This document shows positions 46,826-55,894 of a DNA stretch of 64,000 nt, one piece after another; position 1 is the stretch's first letter, and each line of letters begins with the position of its first letter. The notes under the pieces are model-generated. The model saw only the letters and a program-made list of their open reading frames with translations. It searched no databases and was not told the origin of the DNA. This stretch comes from a virus: IMG/VR virus record IMGVR_UViG_3300035670_009931, positions 1 to 64,000 of that record. One strand, 5' to 3'. The translations under genes were made by a program, and so were the position numbers.

Positions 46826-47278
46826 TTATACGAAAGTGCTCAGTTTGTTAAACTGTTCGTTAATTTTACCTAGACATCTTTGTTTTTTGACAGTAGCAAT
46901 ATCAGACTTCATCTTTCTTATCTCCAAAGTTTCAATATTTTTTTTCTTTGATCTGTTTTTTAACTGTTCCTCAAATAAAGAATATCCATAGTTTCTGTCA
47001 AGCTCAAGAATATTTTTATCCATGAACTTACCCAATGCTAAACTATTTGCAATTAATATTGCCGACTGTGGTAAATTTATGTTGTCTACCACAATATTAT
47101 TAGAAGTATTGTATATTGAATAAAAATTGTTTTCTTTTTTTATGAAATAAAATCCAATTCTTATAGAACCATCATCTTCTTGTATAGGTATAACGAAACC
47201 TTTATTTTTTAAATTATTTTTTACTTTTACAGATATTGTAAAAATTTTATCCCAGATTTCTTTTGATATATCGTTCAT
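46826..47278 (-). CDS. Hypothetical protein
   Basis: 150-aa ORF. Confidence 0.45.
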   Translation of the reverse strand: MNDISKEIWDKIFTISVKVKNNLKNKGFVIPIQEDDGSIRIGFYFIKKENNFYSIYNTSNNIVVDNINLPQSAILIANSLALGKFMDKNILELDRNYGYSLFEEQLKNRSKKKNIETLEIRKMKSDIATVKKQRCLGKINEQFNKLSTFV

Positions 47279-47463
47279 AATCTTTTCAAAGTATTGTTAT
47301 CATTACTTATACTATACAAACCTTTTCTAACTAAATTTTGCGCTAGCCACAAATCATGATCATCCAATGAGGATAATCTAGCGGTTGGATATTTGTCTAC
47401 GAAAGACTTTTCTTCATTAGTTAATACAATCGGTATACCAGAAATTAATTCATATAATTTCAT
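47275..47463 (-). CDS. Hypothetical protein
   Basis: 62-aa ORF coupled to neighbours by 4-nt overlaps. Confidence 0.35.
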   Translation of the reverse strand: MKLYELISGIPIVLTNEEKSFVDKYPTARLSSLDDHDLWLAQNLVRKGLYSISNDNNTLKRL

Positions 47464-47891
47464 GATTGTTTTTTAATTCCCATAGATTGAAGCTGTTGTA
47501 GCATTTGGCTGTTCTGTGGATCTTTAGTATCTAATGAAAATACTGCATTATCCATCTTAAACTTTAATACATTTGGATCATTCGATATAACTGAATCTAT
47601 TCTTGTTCCAGCAGGTATGTTTACTGGTTTTTGAATATTCGTAGTATTTTGTTGGGGTTTACTTACTGTGCTTGTCCCTTGAGTACCAGATGTTCCCATT
47701 GGCTGCGGTGATGTACCCGCTTGGTTAGATTGTTGTGTTGCACCCGATTGATTAGCTTTCTGAGCTGTTTGTTGAGGTTTCTGTGTTGATTGAACAGTTT
47801 GTCCAGTCTCTTTTCCTTTTTGTAAAACATTTGCTATGGTAGTAACCATATTACTTTGTTCTCTAATATAAACTAGCTCTTTAATTTTCAT
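47460..47891 (-). CDS. Gln/Thr-rich hypothetical protein
   Basis: 143-aa ORF with a low-complexity Q/T-rich centre. Confidence 0.4.
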   Translation of the reverse strand: MKIKELVYIREQSNMVTTIANVLQKGKETGQTVQSTQKPQQTAQKANQSGATQQSNQAGTSPQPMGTSGTQGTSTVSKPQQNTTNIQKPVNIPAGTRIDSVISNDPNVLKFKMDNAVFSLDTKDPQNSQMLQQLQSMGIKKQS

Positions 47892-47892
47892 A

Positions 47893-48309
47893 TTAATATA
47901 TCTTAAAAATTATATTTTTCAATTTCGGATCATGACAATCAAAAATTGGTATATCAATATTTATTGTTTCTGTCAATTTTTTAATAATAGGAACTTGATG
48001 TATATCATTTGGTAATAATCCAATTTCATTATTATCAGAAGACTTATAGACACCTGCTCTATCTGGAGAAAATTTAAAAGTCCAGACGCTATTTTTACCT
48101 TTATATAAGGAGCCAAATCCTAAATCTTTTATATCTACTGTTTCTACTGTTGGTCCAAAATCATAATTAATAATAGATTTAATTTCTAGGCATTGAAGTA
48201 ATGTAATAAAGTTTTTATGCTGATTAAATGCTATATTTAATTCATCACTGTCTCTTCTTACGTTAGTCTGCGTAATATCAATAAGTGTTTTTATTTCTAT
48301 GTATTCCAT
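47893..48309 (-). CDS. Hypothetical protein
   Basis: 138-aa ORF. Confidence 0.45.
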   Translation of the reverse strand: MEYIEIKTLIDITQTNVRRDSDELNIAFNQHKNFITLLQCLEIKSIINYDFGPTVETVDIKDLGFGSLYKGKNSVWTFKFSPDRAGVYKSSDNNEIGLLPNDIHQVPIIKKLTETINIDIPIFDCHDPKLKNIIFKIY

Positions 48310-48399
48310 AATATACCTTGTTAATTTTTAGATATTTATGGAAAAAAGAAAAGGGGTATATAAAATACCCCTTTGATTAATTTAACTTAGTTAATTAAA

Positions 48400-48831
48400 T
48401 TAGGAAATTACGAATGCAGCACCGGCTGCAACTGTTGTTCCAGATACATCCATTGTGCTACCACCAGCAGTAGGAACTGCGGTGCCTAGAGCACGAATGA
48501 TCTCTTGTAAACCAGGCTGGGTTGCGCTACCAGTCGTAGCAGCAAATGTTGCGTGTCCATCTACAATTAGATGAATAACACCACCACTTGATGCTGGAAC
48601 ATAGTAAGCCAAAATACCACTTGGGCAAACTCTTAGGATGGTCTCAACAACTCCACCTAAACCACCATTTACACCAGCAGCCATTTCACCCTGTAGATCT
48701 TGGGCTGAAGCACTACCATTCTTTACTGTTACTAAGAAAAACTTTAAATTTCCACCAAGTTGGGCACCAGCAACGCCGTTGATAACGCCTTCTACACCAA
48801 CTCCACCGTGAACTCTATCTATTCCTGCCAT
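48400..48831 (-). CDS. Gly/Ala-rich hypothetical protein
   Basis: 143-aa ORF. GC content is visibly higher than the neighbouring DNA. Confidence 0.4.
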   Translation of the reverse strand: MAGIDRVHGGVGVEGVINGVAGAQLGGNLKFFLVTVKNGSASAQDLQGEMAAGVNGGLGGVVETILRVCPSGILAYYVPASSGGVIHLIVDGHATFAATTGSATQPGLQEIIRALGTAVPTAGGSTMDVSGTTVAAGAAFVIS

Positions 48832-48913
48832 TTTATTTCTCCTTAAATCTTTTTATCTGTTGGCTAACAGATTTTCATATGATTATTTAGTAAAAAATTT
48901 AAAAAATACGGTT

Positions 48914-49213
48914 TTAGGAATCATTTTTCAAATTACCATCTATAACTTTAAGACGTTTCTTAGTTTCTTTATCTTCTTTAATTCGTTTGATTCCTCTTAC
49001 GAATTTGGCAGAATTATAAGTTCGTATACTTCCTATTAATCTTTTCTCAAGTTCAAAAGATTCTTCTTCACTATAAGTTTCTTTTATTAATTTTAATAAA
49101 TTTATCGCACCATCAATAATATGTAAAGCTCTTGATTCTATTATATCTTCATTATTCTTTTTTATGTTAATAGAATTTAATTCTTCAAGTATACTACGAG
49201 TCGTTTTTTTCAA
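48914..49213 (-). CDS. Hypothetical protein
   Basis: 99-aa ORF. Confidence 0.4.
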   Translation of the reverse strand: MKKTTRSILEELNSINIKKNNEDIIESRALHIIDGAINLLKLIKETYSEEESFELEKRLIGSIRTYNSAKFVRGIKRIKEDKETKKRLKVIDGNLKNDS

Positions 49214-49302
49214 GATATAATCCTTTTCTAATATTTATTTTAATAGGTTAATATTATAATACATTTACAATAAAAATAAAATTGTTGCACTGCACAAAAT
49301 TT

Positions 49303-49319
49303 TATAAATATGATATAAT
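49303..49319 (+). promoter_or_regulatory. TATAAATA late-type motif overlapping a TATAAT -10 element, upstream of small plus-strand ORFs
   Basis: ttTATAAATAtgaTATAAT, about 35-45 nt upstream of an ATG at 49352 that has a GAGGA RBS. Confidence 0.3.
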
Positions 49320-49351
49320 CATCACAAGTGATTATATTAAGAGGAACACAC

Positions 49352-49525
49352 AATGTTTAAGACAATAACAGATAAGTTAAAAAATATTTTTAAAAGCACC
49401 TCACACGGTGATTCTCTAAAAGAATATATAATATACAACAATCCTAAATCTACAGCTGATATAGAATTACTAGAAAAACAGTGGGCATATAAAAGCTTTC
49501 AAAATAATAATAGGAGTTGGTTATG
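49352..49525 (+). CDS. Small hypothetical protein (about 57 aa; not in the ORF track)
   Basis: RBS AAGAGGAAC plus ATG, by hand translation. Confidence 0.3.
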
Positions 49526-49624
49526 ATTATATTTAAAAAAATAGGAGAATTCATAGTATGTTGGGGAGAAATGATATACGAGTATCGTAAATATCATAAA
49601 ATGCATGGTATGTATTAAATGCAG

Positions 49625-49653
49625 TTGACAAGGTAGTCAACCTGTATTATAAT
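49625..49653 (+). promoter_or_regulatory. Perfect consensus sigma70-type promoter TTGACA-N17-TATAAT
   Basis: TTGACAaggtagtcaacctgtatTATAAT. Confidence 0.55.
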
Positions 49654-49706
49654 AGTACCTGTTACACAACATGGTAACACAGACATTCACACAGAAGGAG
49701 AAAAAT

Positions 49707-49982
49707 ATGTCTAAAGATAGTTTTACTAATAACATGCCTCAGTTCAAGGTAAATCAATCACGTAACGGATATGAAATCCGTACTGATTTGTTACATATGG
49801 CTAAGGATCTTGTTACTGCTGAATACAGTATGAAGTTTAGTGGCTGGGAAATGACAGCAAAACGAGATGATAAAACCAATCAAATCGTTTCAACTGTTGA
49901 AATGCCAAAATTTCCTGGTATTGAACAAGTGCTCGAAACAGCCGAAAAGATGTATCAGTTCGTTTCCGCAAAATCAAAGTGA
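49707..49982 (+). CDS. Hypothetical protein (start moved to the Met with RBS AAGGAG)
   Basis: The track ORF starts at 49671 with no RBS. An internal ATG at 49707 is preceded by cagAAGGAGaaaaat. Confidence 0.5.
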   Translation: MSKDSFTNNMPQFKVNQSRNGYEIRTDLLHMAKDLVTAEYSMKFSGWEMTAKRDDKTNQIVSTVEMPKFPGIEQVLETAEKMYQFVSAKSK

Positions 49983-50022
49983 TTCATTAATCAAACGATT
50001 GTAATTTTATAAAACATTCCTT

Positions 50023-50051
50023 TTAAGGCTTAGCCTTTTTAAATCCCCGAA
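50023..50051 (+). terminator. Rho-independent terminator
   Basis: AATCCCCGAA-tt-TTCGGGGATT hairpin followed by T8. Confidence 0.6.
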
Positions 50052-50067
50052 TTTTCGGGGATTTTTT

Positions 50068-53064
50068 TTATATTTTTCTGATTAAACTTTTTAGTCTACT
50101 TAATTCTTCATTGGATTCATTCATTGGGAATCCTAATCTCTTTGCTAAAGCCTGATCTTCTGGATCTTTAAAGTATGATACTGGTGGTTTTGGTCCACCT
50201 ACTTTTCTCACCATATTGTTTAATATATATGGATCTTGTATATTGGGGTTTCCACCATCTTTTGTCAACCACTGTTTTTGTGGTTCAGTGAAATTAAAAC
50301 CTTGACCAGCAGTGTTTTGAGCGGGAGGGGTCTGTGGACTTTGCTGTTGCTGTTGTACTGGTTGAGATCTTGCCTGTTGTTGAGTAGCTAGTTGAGTAAT
50401 TTGTTGATTTACTTGATCGTTAGTTAAATTGGCAATACTAGCCCTTGGTTGACCTAAATCAACTGTGGGAAATCCTATTCTTTTAGCTATCGCTTGATCA
50501 TCAGGATCTTTAAAGTATGATACAGGAGGCATTGGACCACCTGCTCTCTTGACCATATTCCATATAATATATGGATCTTGTATATTGGGTTTCCCACCAC
50601 TTCTATACAACCATTCCTTTTGTGCATCAGTGAAATTAAAACCTTGTGGCGTAGTTCTTTGTACAAAATCTGGTGCTAATGCAGAACCTTGTTGCACAGA
50701 TGCCCCTAGGTTTCCTGTAGATAATTGTGATCCACCTGTTTTAAGACCAGTACCAGACGGAGGTGTAGAAACAGCTTGTCTTTCTGGTTGTGACGTTGTA
50801 TTAACAGTTGCTACATCACCCGGTCTTGAAGTTACCTGTGCTGGTGGTAAGTTTGTAGTTCTACTTATAATATCTCTCTCATACTGTTCATTATCATCGT
50901 ATGGTAAGTTCGTAGTTCTACTTATAATATCTCTCTCATACTGTTCCCCATCATCGGATACTGTAGCATTAGATGGAGTACCACCAGCAGCAGTAGTATC
51001 AGTCGGAGATCCATATCCATAAGTATACTGATCGATTGTATCACCACCACCAGTATCACCAGCAGCAGTAGTAGTACCACCAGCAGCAGTACTACCAGCA
51101 GTACCACCAGCAGTACCACCAGTATTTGAACCTTGAGCTTGATCAGAACCTCCACTAGTTAGTGCCGCAGCACCAACTGTTGCCGCCCCCGCTGCTAATG
51201 CACCGTTATCACTAATTCTTCCAACTTGAACAGGAGTAGGCGGTGCGCCAGTAGTAGTTTGCATAGGAGCAGTAGCAGTACCAGCGGCACGTCCACCACC
51301 AGTGCCAGCACCACCAGCAGCACCACCGGTAGCAGTACCACCGGCAGCACCACCGGTACGTCCACCGGCAGCAATAGTACCAGCAGCACCGCCAGCAACA
51401 GTACCAGCAGTACCAATAGCACCACCACCAGTACCACCAGCACCAGTACTACCACCAGCAGCGCCAACACGTCCAGCAGCACTAGTACCACCACCAGCAC
51501 CGGTACCACCAGCAGTACCACCACGTCCAGCAGCACCAGCAGCACCAGTACCACCACCAGTGCTCAGACTAAAAGGATTACTTGAGGCCCTTACAGCAGC
51601 GTTTGGATTATTAGCTTGGGCAATTACAGCAGCTTCCCCTGGAGTTCTTGCACCCTTTCCTGCATTTTGTTGTACGATTATACCACCAGGTGTGGTAGTG
51701 GTACCAACAGTACCACCAGCAGTAGGAGTAGTAGCAGCAGGAGTAGTAGCAGGAGTAACAGGCCTAGCAGGGGCAGGAACAGCAGAAGCATCTGCTGCTC
51801 TTGCAGCGGCTTGTTGCTTTCTTATTCTTTCTGCTTCTCTTTCAGCAGTCCCCCAGATAGCCGGAGGTGAACCTCCAGTTGCAGCACCTGCTGCTGGGGT
51901 TTTACCTGCGTTTTTGGCAGCATCTACTGCTGCATCTGCGGCTTTAGTTCCAGCTTTTACAGCATCTGTGGCTTTATCGCTATTTCTAACTATTTTAATA
52001 TCATTTAATAAATCATAAAGATCAACTATCGTGTTTAATTTTTTAGCACCTGGAAAACTTGGGGGAATACGTGGTAGTTGTACAGCCGCCTCATCAATAA
52101 ATTTTAATTCATTTCTTAAAAAATCTATTTGATCTGATTCTGAAATTGGTTTTAATTTTTTCAAATGCTGATCAGGTGTTTCATTTTTATATCTAGTTGA
52201 ATATTGATCAACTTTTCCTGTACGAGGATTTTTCCAAGTAAATGTTGGTTGACCAGCTTTTCTAGCATTAAAGAATGCTCTCTCAAAATCAGACATTTTC
52301 TTTGGAGTTTGTGCTGGTGTTGGAGTTGACGCAGAAGGTGTAGGTTGGCTGGTAGCAGCAGCGGATGTACTAGGTGTATTTGGCAATAATGCACTACCAC
52401 CTCCAGCTACAGTACCAGCAATTGCTCCAGTTCTAGCCCAATCTTTTGCACCTAATCCAGTTGATTGAGGAGGAGTAACAACTGATCTACCGACAGGAGC
52501 TTTTGCATTAGGATCTATTGGTGGTACATTATCTGCTCTAGTTTTAATGTCTTTTACATCGTCTGGTTTTACAGAAGATGGACTAAATTTACCAGTAGCT
52601 GGGTTTCTGCTGGTAGACATCATTGGGGCTATTTTTCTAGCTAATTTAAGAACTTCATTTACATCAATATCATCTTCTTCAGAAATAACTGGAGGGTTTT
52701 CTGGATCTTCTTGCTCTGGAGGCACATAATTTGGAGATCCAGGTCTATTATCATTGTAATAATCTAATGCCATACCAACAGGCATTGTTACCGGATTGGT
52801 ATACGCGGCACCAGATAAAACTGATATAACTGCACCACTTCTATCACCTGCTTGCCATCTATTCCATGCATCCATAAAACTAAGTGCTGTTCCCACTCCA
52901 CCTAAAAATTTAGCACCAAATTTGCCAGCGTTCTTGGCAATAGTTTTTCCTCTTGAAGCAGGAGGAGCAGTCGTAGCAGCAACACCACCATTTTCATTTA
53001 ATATTTTAGAATTATTTTTATCAATCTCTTTTATAGTGTCAACTAAACTGTTCCAATTATTCAT
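50068..53064 (-). CDS. Large (about 999 aa) low-complexity Gly/Ala/Thr-rich protein with C-terminal tandem repeat domains; probable virion or cell-surface-interacting protein
   Basis: Start placed at MNNWNS... (RBS AAGGA), clear of the upstream gene's stop. Two roughly 60-aa repeats (GFNFTxxQKxWL...NPNIQDPYI...PPVSYFKDPxDQAxAKRxGFP) and a 19-aa repeat (EQYERDIISRTTNLPYDDN) occurring twice. Confidence 0.6.
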   Translation of the reverse strand: MNNWNSLVDTIKEIDKNNSKILNENGGVAATTAPPASRGKTIAKNAGKFGAKFLGGVGTALSFMDAWNRWQAGDRSGAVISVLSGAAYTNPVTMPVGMALDYYNDNRPGSPNYVPPEQEDPENPPVISEEDDIDVNEVLKLARKIAPMMSTSRNPATGKFSPSSVKPDDVKDIKTRADNVPPIDPNAKAPVGRSVVTPPQSTGLGAKDWARTGAIAGTVAGGGSALLPNTPSTSAAATSQPTPSASTPTPAQTPKKMSDFERAFFNARKAGQPTFTWKNPRTGKVDQYSTRYKNETPDQHLKKLKPISESDQIDFLRNELKFIDEAAVQLPRIPPSFPGAKKLNTIVDLYDLLNDIKIVRNSDKATDAVKAGTKAADAAVDAAKNAGKTPAAGAATGGSPPAIWGTAEREAERIRKQQAAARAADASAVPAPARPVTPATTPAATTPTAGGTVGTTTTPGGIIVQQNAGKGARTPGEAAVIAQANNPNAAVRASSNPFSLSTGGGTGAAGAAGRGGTAGGTGAGGGTSAAGRVGAAGGSTGAGGTGGGAIGTAGTVAGGAAGTIAAGGRTGGAAGGTATGGAAGGAGTGGGRAAGTATAPMQTTTGAPPTPVQVGRISDNGALAAGAATVGAAALTSGGSDQAQGSNTGGTAGGTAGSTAAGGTTTAAGDTGGGDTIDQYTYGYGSPTDTTAAGGTPSNATVSDDGEQYERDIISRTTNLPYDDNEQYERDIISRTTNLPPAQVTSRPGDVATVNTTSQPERQAVSTPPSGTGLKTGGSQLSTGNLGASVQQGSALAPDFVQRTTPQGFNFTDAQKEWLYRSGGKPNIQDPYIIWNMVKRAGGPMPPVSYFKDPDDQAIAKRIGFPTVDLGQPRASIANLTNDQVNQQITQLATQQQARSQPVQQQQQSPQTPPAQNTAGQGFNFTEPQKQWLTKDGGNPNIQDPYILNNMVRKVGGPKPPVSYFKDPEDQALAKRLGFPMNESNEELSRLKSLIRKI

Positions 53065-53074
53065 GATGTAATCC

Positions 53075-53881
53075 TTAATAGTCAATATAATTCTTAAATT
53101 CATCTGGGTCAGATGATGCTTGATAAAATACAATATCCTGTGTATCGAATTGTATTCCATTTTTTTTCTGCCAACTATATCCACCACCAGTTTCATATAT
53201 ATGATATGGTATATCTATTGTGTAAACACCTTCAGAAAACTTGGCAGCAACGTATACATGTTGTTCATATGAGCAACTTACCGTTGTACATTCAATTCCT
53301 TTATTACTTAGTATTTCACATACATCATCTGCTATAAGATGACATATTCCACCACCAGCATAGGTATCAACGTCTTCTTCATCCCAATCATCATATGTTT
53401 TTTGAACTTTAATCAAAACACTTGGCATCAATGATTTTGCCAATTGTACAGATGGTAAATTCTCATTTTCATCGTCTTCTAAACTTTCAACCAATGGTTT
53501 GCTTTTTATATATTCTGGATACTTTTTATTGAATATTCTCATTACTACACCAGCAATTTCATTGGCTTGATTTTCTTGAGGGCTACCTGTTCTACCACTA
53601 TCATTATCTAATTCATCATTAATGTCTTGTTTATAATGAACTAGTTCATGTGCTATAGTTCGTAAAATGTCAACAGGATGTCTATTAGCTAAACCAACAT
53701 GCAATGTTTTTGCATTGATATCATATTTTCCAAAAGTTGGTTGATCCGGACTATCAATTTCTTTTGAAATTTTTATTTTAGGTAAAGAATCTATACCTAT
53801 AACTTTTTTTGCAATAGGCTTAAATTTGTTGAAAATATCAACGAAATCATTTTTGTTTTCAACAAGTTCTCTATATCTCAT
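53075..53881 (-). CDS. HExxH-motif protein (putative zinc metallopeptidase-like)
   Basis: IAHELVHYKQ motif in a 268-aa ORF. Confidence 0.4.
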   Translation of the reverse strand: MRYRELVENKNDFVDIFNKFKPIAKKVIGIDSLPKIKISKEIDSPDQPTFGKYDINAKTLHVGLANRHPVDILRTIAHELVHYKQDINDELDNDSGRTGSPQENQANEIAGVVMRIFNKKYPEYIKSKPLVESLEDDENENLPSVQLAKSLMPSVLIKVQKTYDDWDEEDVDTYAGGGICHLIADDVCEILSNKGIECTTVSCSYEQHVYVAAKFSEGVYTIDIPYHIYETGGGYSWQKKNGIQFDTQDIVFYQASSDPDEFKNYIDY

Positions 53882-53886
53882 GAATT

Positions 53887-53894
53887 TATTTATA
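53887..53894 (-). promoter_or_regulatory. T4-type late-promoter motif TATAAATA immediately upstream of the 53881 start
   Basis: Minus strand reads cTATAAATAaattcATG. Confidence 0.3.
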
Positions 53895-54131
53895 GTTTTA
53901 GAAGTAAATGCTCACTTTGTAGACAGAATGGCGTTAATGTCTAACTAGCAGCAGCCGCCTCGATACTATCGTAAGTATAACGGTCCTAGATAGTATTAAT
54001 ATTTCCACACAAAATAAACTGATATCATGCCTATAATTAAAAAAGCAATCCACCAGTTAAAAATAAAAAATAATGAAGTTAAACCAATAACCCAAGTTAA
54101 ATGATAGAGATGGAATTTCCATCCTAAATCA

Positions 54132-54563
54132 TCAACACCAAGTTTGTTTTGCTTCTCCATAATATTCTCTAGCTAAACCATTAGCAATTAAACCCTGACG
54201 AACACTTTGTCCATTTACTAATATATCACCCAACACGCGACCTCCAAACTTATCCCATCCATAAAGAACTACTTGGAATTGTCTTCCCTGTGCCACAAGT
54301 TGTTTGGTATATTGACTAGCCATTTCTCCACGTTGTGCTTCTTGCGCACATTGTGCTCTATGACCTTTTTCTGGAGTATCAACTCCAAATATTCTGACGG
54401 CCAATTCTGGTTTTAATGGTGCAGGTAAAAATGGAGCAGAAATAACTATAGTATCCCCGTCACTTACTCTTATAATCTGTGTATCATAAACCACACCTTT
54501 GGGTTGTTTTTGTGCAAATACCAAAAATGGTACGATTAATAATAATGCTAATAGTTTTTTCAT
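54132..54563 (-). CDS. Secreted thermonuclease (staphylococcal-nuclease/SNase family)
   Basis: Signal peptide. SNase motifs RVSDGDTIVI and FGVDTPEK. Confidence 0.7.
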   Translation of the reverse strand: MKKLLALLLIVPFLVFAQKQPKGVVYDTQIIRVSDGDTIVISAPFLPAPLKPELAVRIFGVDTPEKGHRAQCAQEAQRGEMASQYTKQLVAQGRQFQVVLYGWDKFGGRVLGDILVNGQSVRQGLIANGLAREYYGEAKQTWC

Positions 54564-54574
54564 GTCAATCCTCT

Positions 54575-55894
54575 TTAAGTTGTTTCTTCAAAATTAATGC
54601 TGGCCCAGCCTTTTAAATTATTACCACTGTGTTTCATGGCAATAACAAATTCATATCTAGTTCCATCAAATGTGTTTCTTGTAAGTTGGCGTTGGAATGG
54701 AAATTCTGCCAATGAAGGAGAAGAACTAGACTGATTTGAACTTGCAATATAACCAACCTCAACTGTAGTACCAGTGTTTACAAAACCGGTTGCTGATAAA
54801 TTATATTCTACACTGCTATCGTCACCTATACTGATCCATGTTCCCCCAGTGGTAATTGATTTAATTAATACTTCCCAACGAAACATTGCTGACTCAGCAA
54901 CTGTTACACTAAAATTTTGTGGGAATACAATAGCACCTAGTCTATCTGCTTTTAATCTAATACTAACCAATGGGTATAAAATTTGAGTTCCATTACCACT
55001 CATCACATATCCATCTAATCCTGTTCCTATACTCCGTGGACGACCTCTAAGTTCATAACCACCTTCTGAAATAACTGTAGCACATATGTCTTTTAAAACA
55101 CTAGTTGAAGTAGTTGCAGTAGTATTTTCTATTTCTGTTCTTATTGGTAAACATGCTGTGGTCATATAGGTAGAAGTAGTTCCTGTTTCATTTGCATGAT
55201 GAAATATATGACAGGGAATAAATTGACCTTTTATAACAAATCCACACTCTACACTACCTACACCCAACCATTCAATATTAATATAAAGTATTTGTGATAA
55301 ACTACTATCCAAAACGATTTTATCTGCTCCTGTTCCGTCTAAGGTAGTTATATTCCAGTTGTCTTTCGCAACTCTTGTTTCTACAACAGATCCTGAAATT
55401 TTACTTTTTTTAACAAAGTAAACTGTGCTGCCATCTCGTTCTAAATAAATCCCATTATCACTATCAAAATAACCTACACGTTGTCGTAAGCCAGTTTTAG
55501 CAGGACCTAGACAAAATGTTCTCAATATTAATAGACTTTTACCAGGTTGATAAGCAAATACACGATCACTTTCTCTATAGACTGCTGCATTTGTTTGAGT
55601 TCCGATAGATAATGCTACCAAACCTTCATTATTTAAAAATGTGGCGGTACTTAAAGTTCCTGTCGTATAAGTATTAACACGTTCTTGATCGCTATATCTA
55701 TAAAAATTATCAAATAAGGTAAATGGTTGACTAACTCTAAATCTACCAAATGCATCACTGGCAGTTGGACCTAATGTTGTTCTTATTATAGGTTCGCCAA
55801 GAACATTATATTCCATTGCTTTATGAAGATCCAACAAGTTACTTTCTTGCGGATGAGCATAATTGGTAGAATTTAAATAACGATCAACTGGCAT
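54575..55894 (-). CDS. Probable virion structural protein
   Basis: 439 aa, beta-rich, located in the structural gene block. Confidence 0.4.
   Translation of the reverse strand: MPVDRYLNSTNYAHPQESNLLDLHKAMEYNVLGEPIIRTTLGPTASDAFGRFRVSQPFTLFDNFYRYSDQERVNTYTTGTLSTATFLNNEGLVALSIGTQTNAAVYRESDRVFAYQPGKSLLILRTFCLGPAKTGLRQRVGYFDSDNGIYLERDGSTVYFVKKSKISGSVVETRVAKDNWNITTLDGTGADKIVLDSSLSQILYINIEWLGVGSVECGFVIKGQFIPCHIFHHANETGTTSTYMTTACLPIRTEIENTTATTSTSVLKDICATVISEGGYELRGRPRSIGTGLDGYVMSGNGTQILYPLVSIRLKADRLGAIVFPQNFSVTVAESAMFRWEVLIKSITTGGTWISIGDDSSVEYNLSATGFVNTGTTVEVGYIASSNQSSSSPSLAEFPFQRQLTRNTFDGTRYEFVIAMKHSGNNLKGWASINFEETT

Noticed and set aside
51195-52018. Long ORFs in several frames on both strands (51195-51557 minus; 51226-51585, 51302-52018 and 51616-51870 plus) encoding poly-L/V, poly-S/T or poly-A/P
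   Set aside because: They lie entirely inside the GC-rich triplet-repeat core of the 999-aa gene. Low-complexity repeats keep all frames open. The products are implausible homopolymers.
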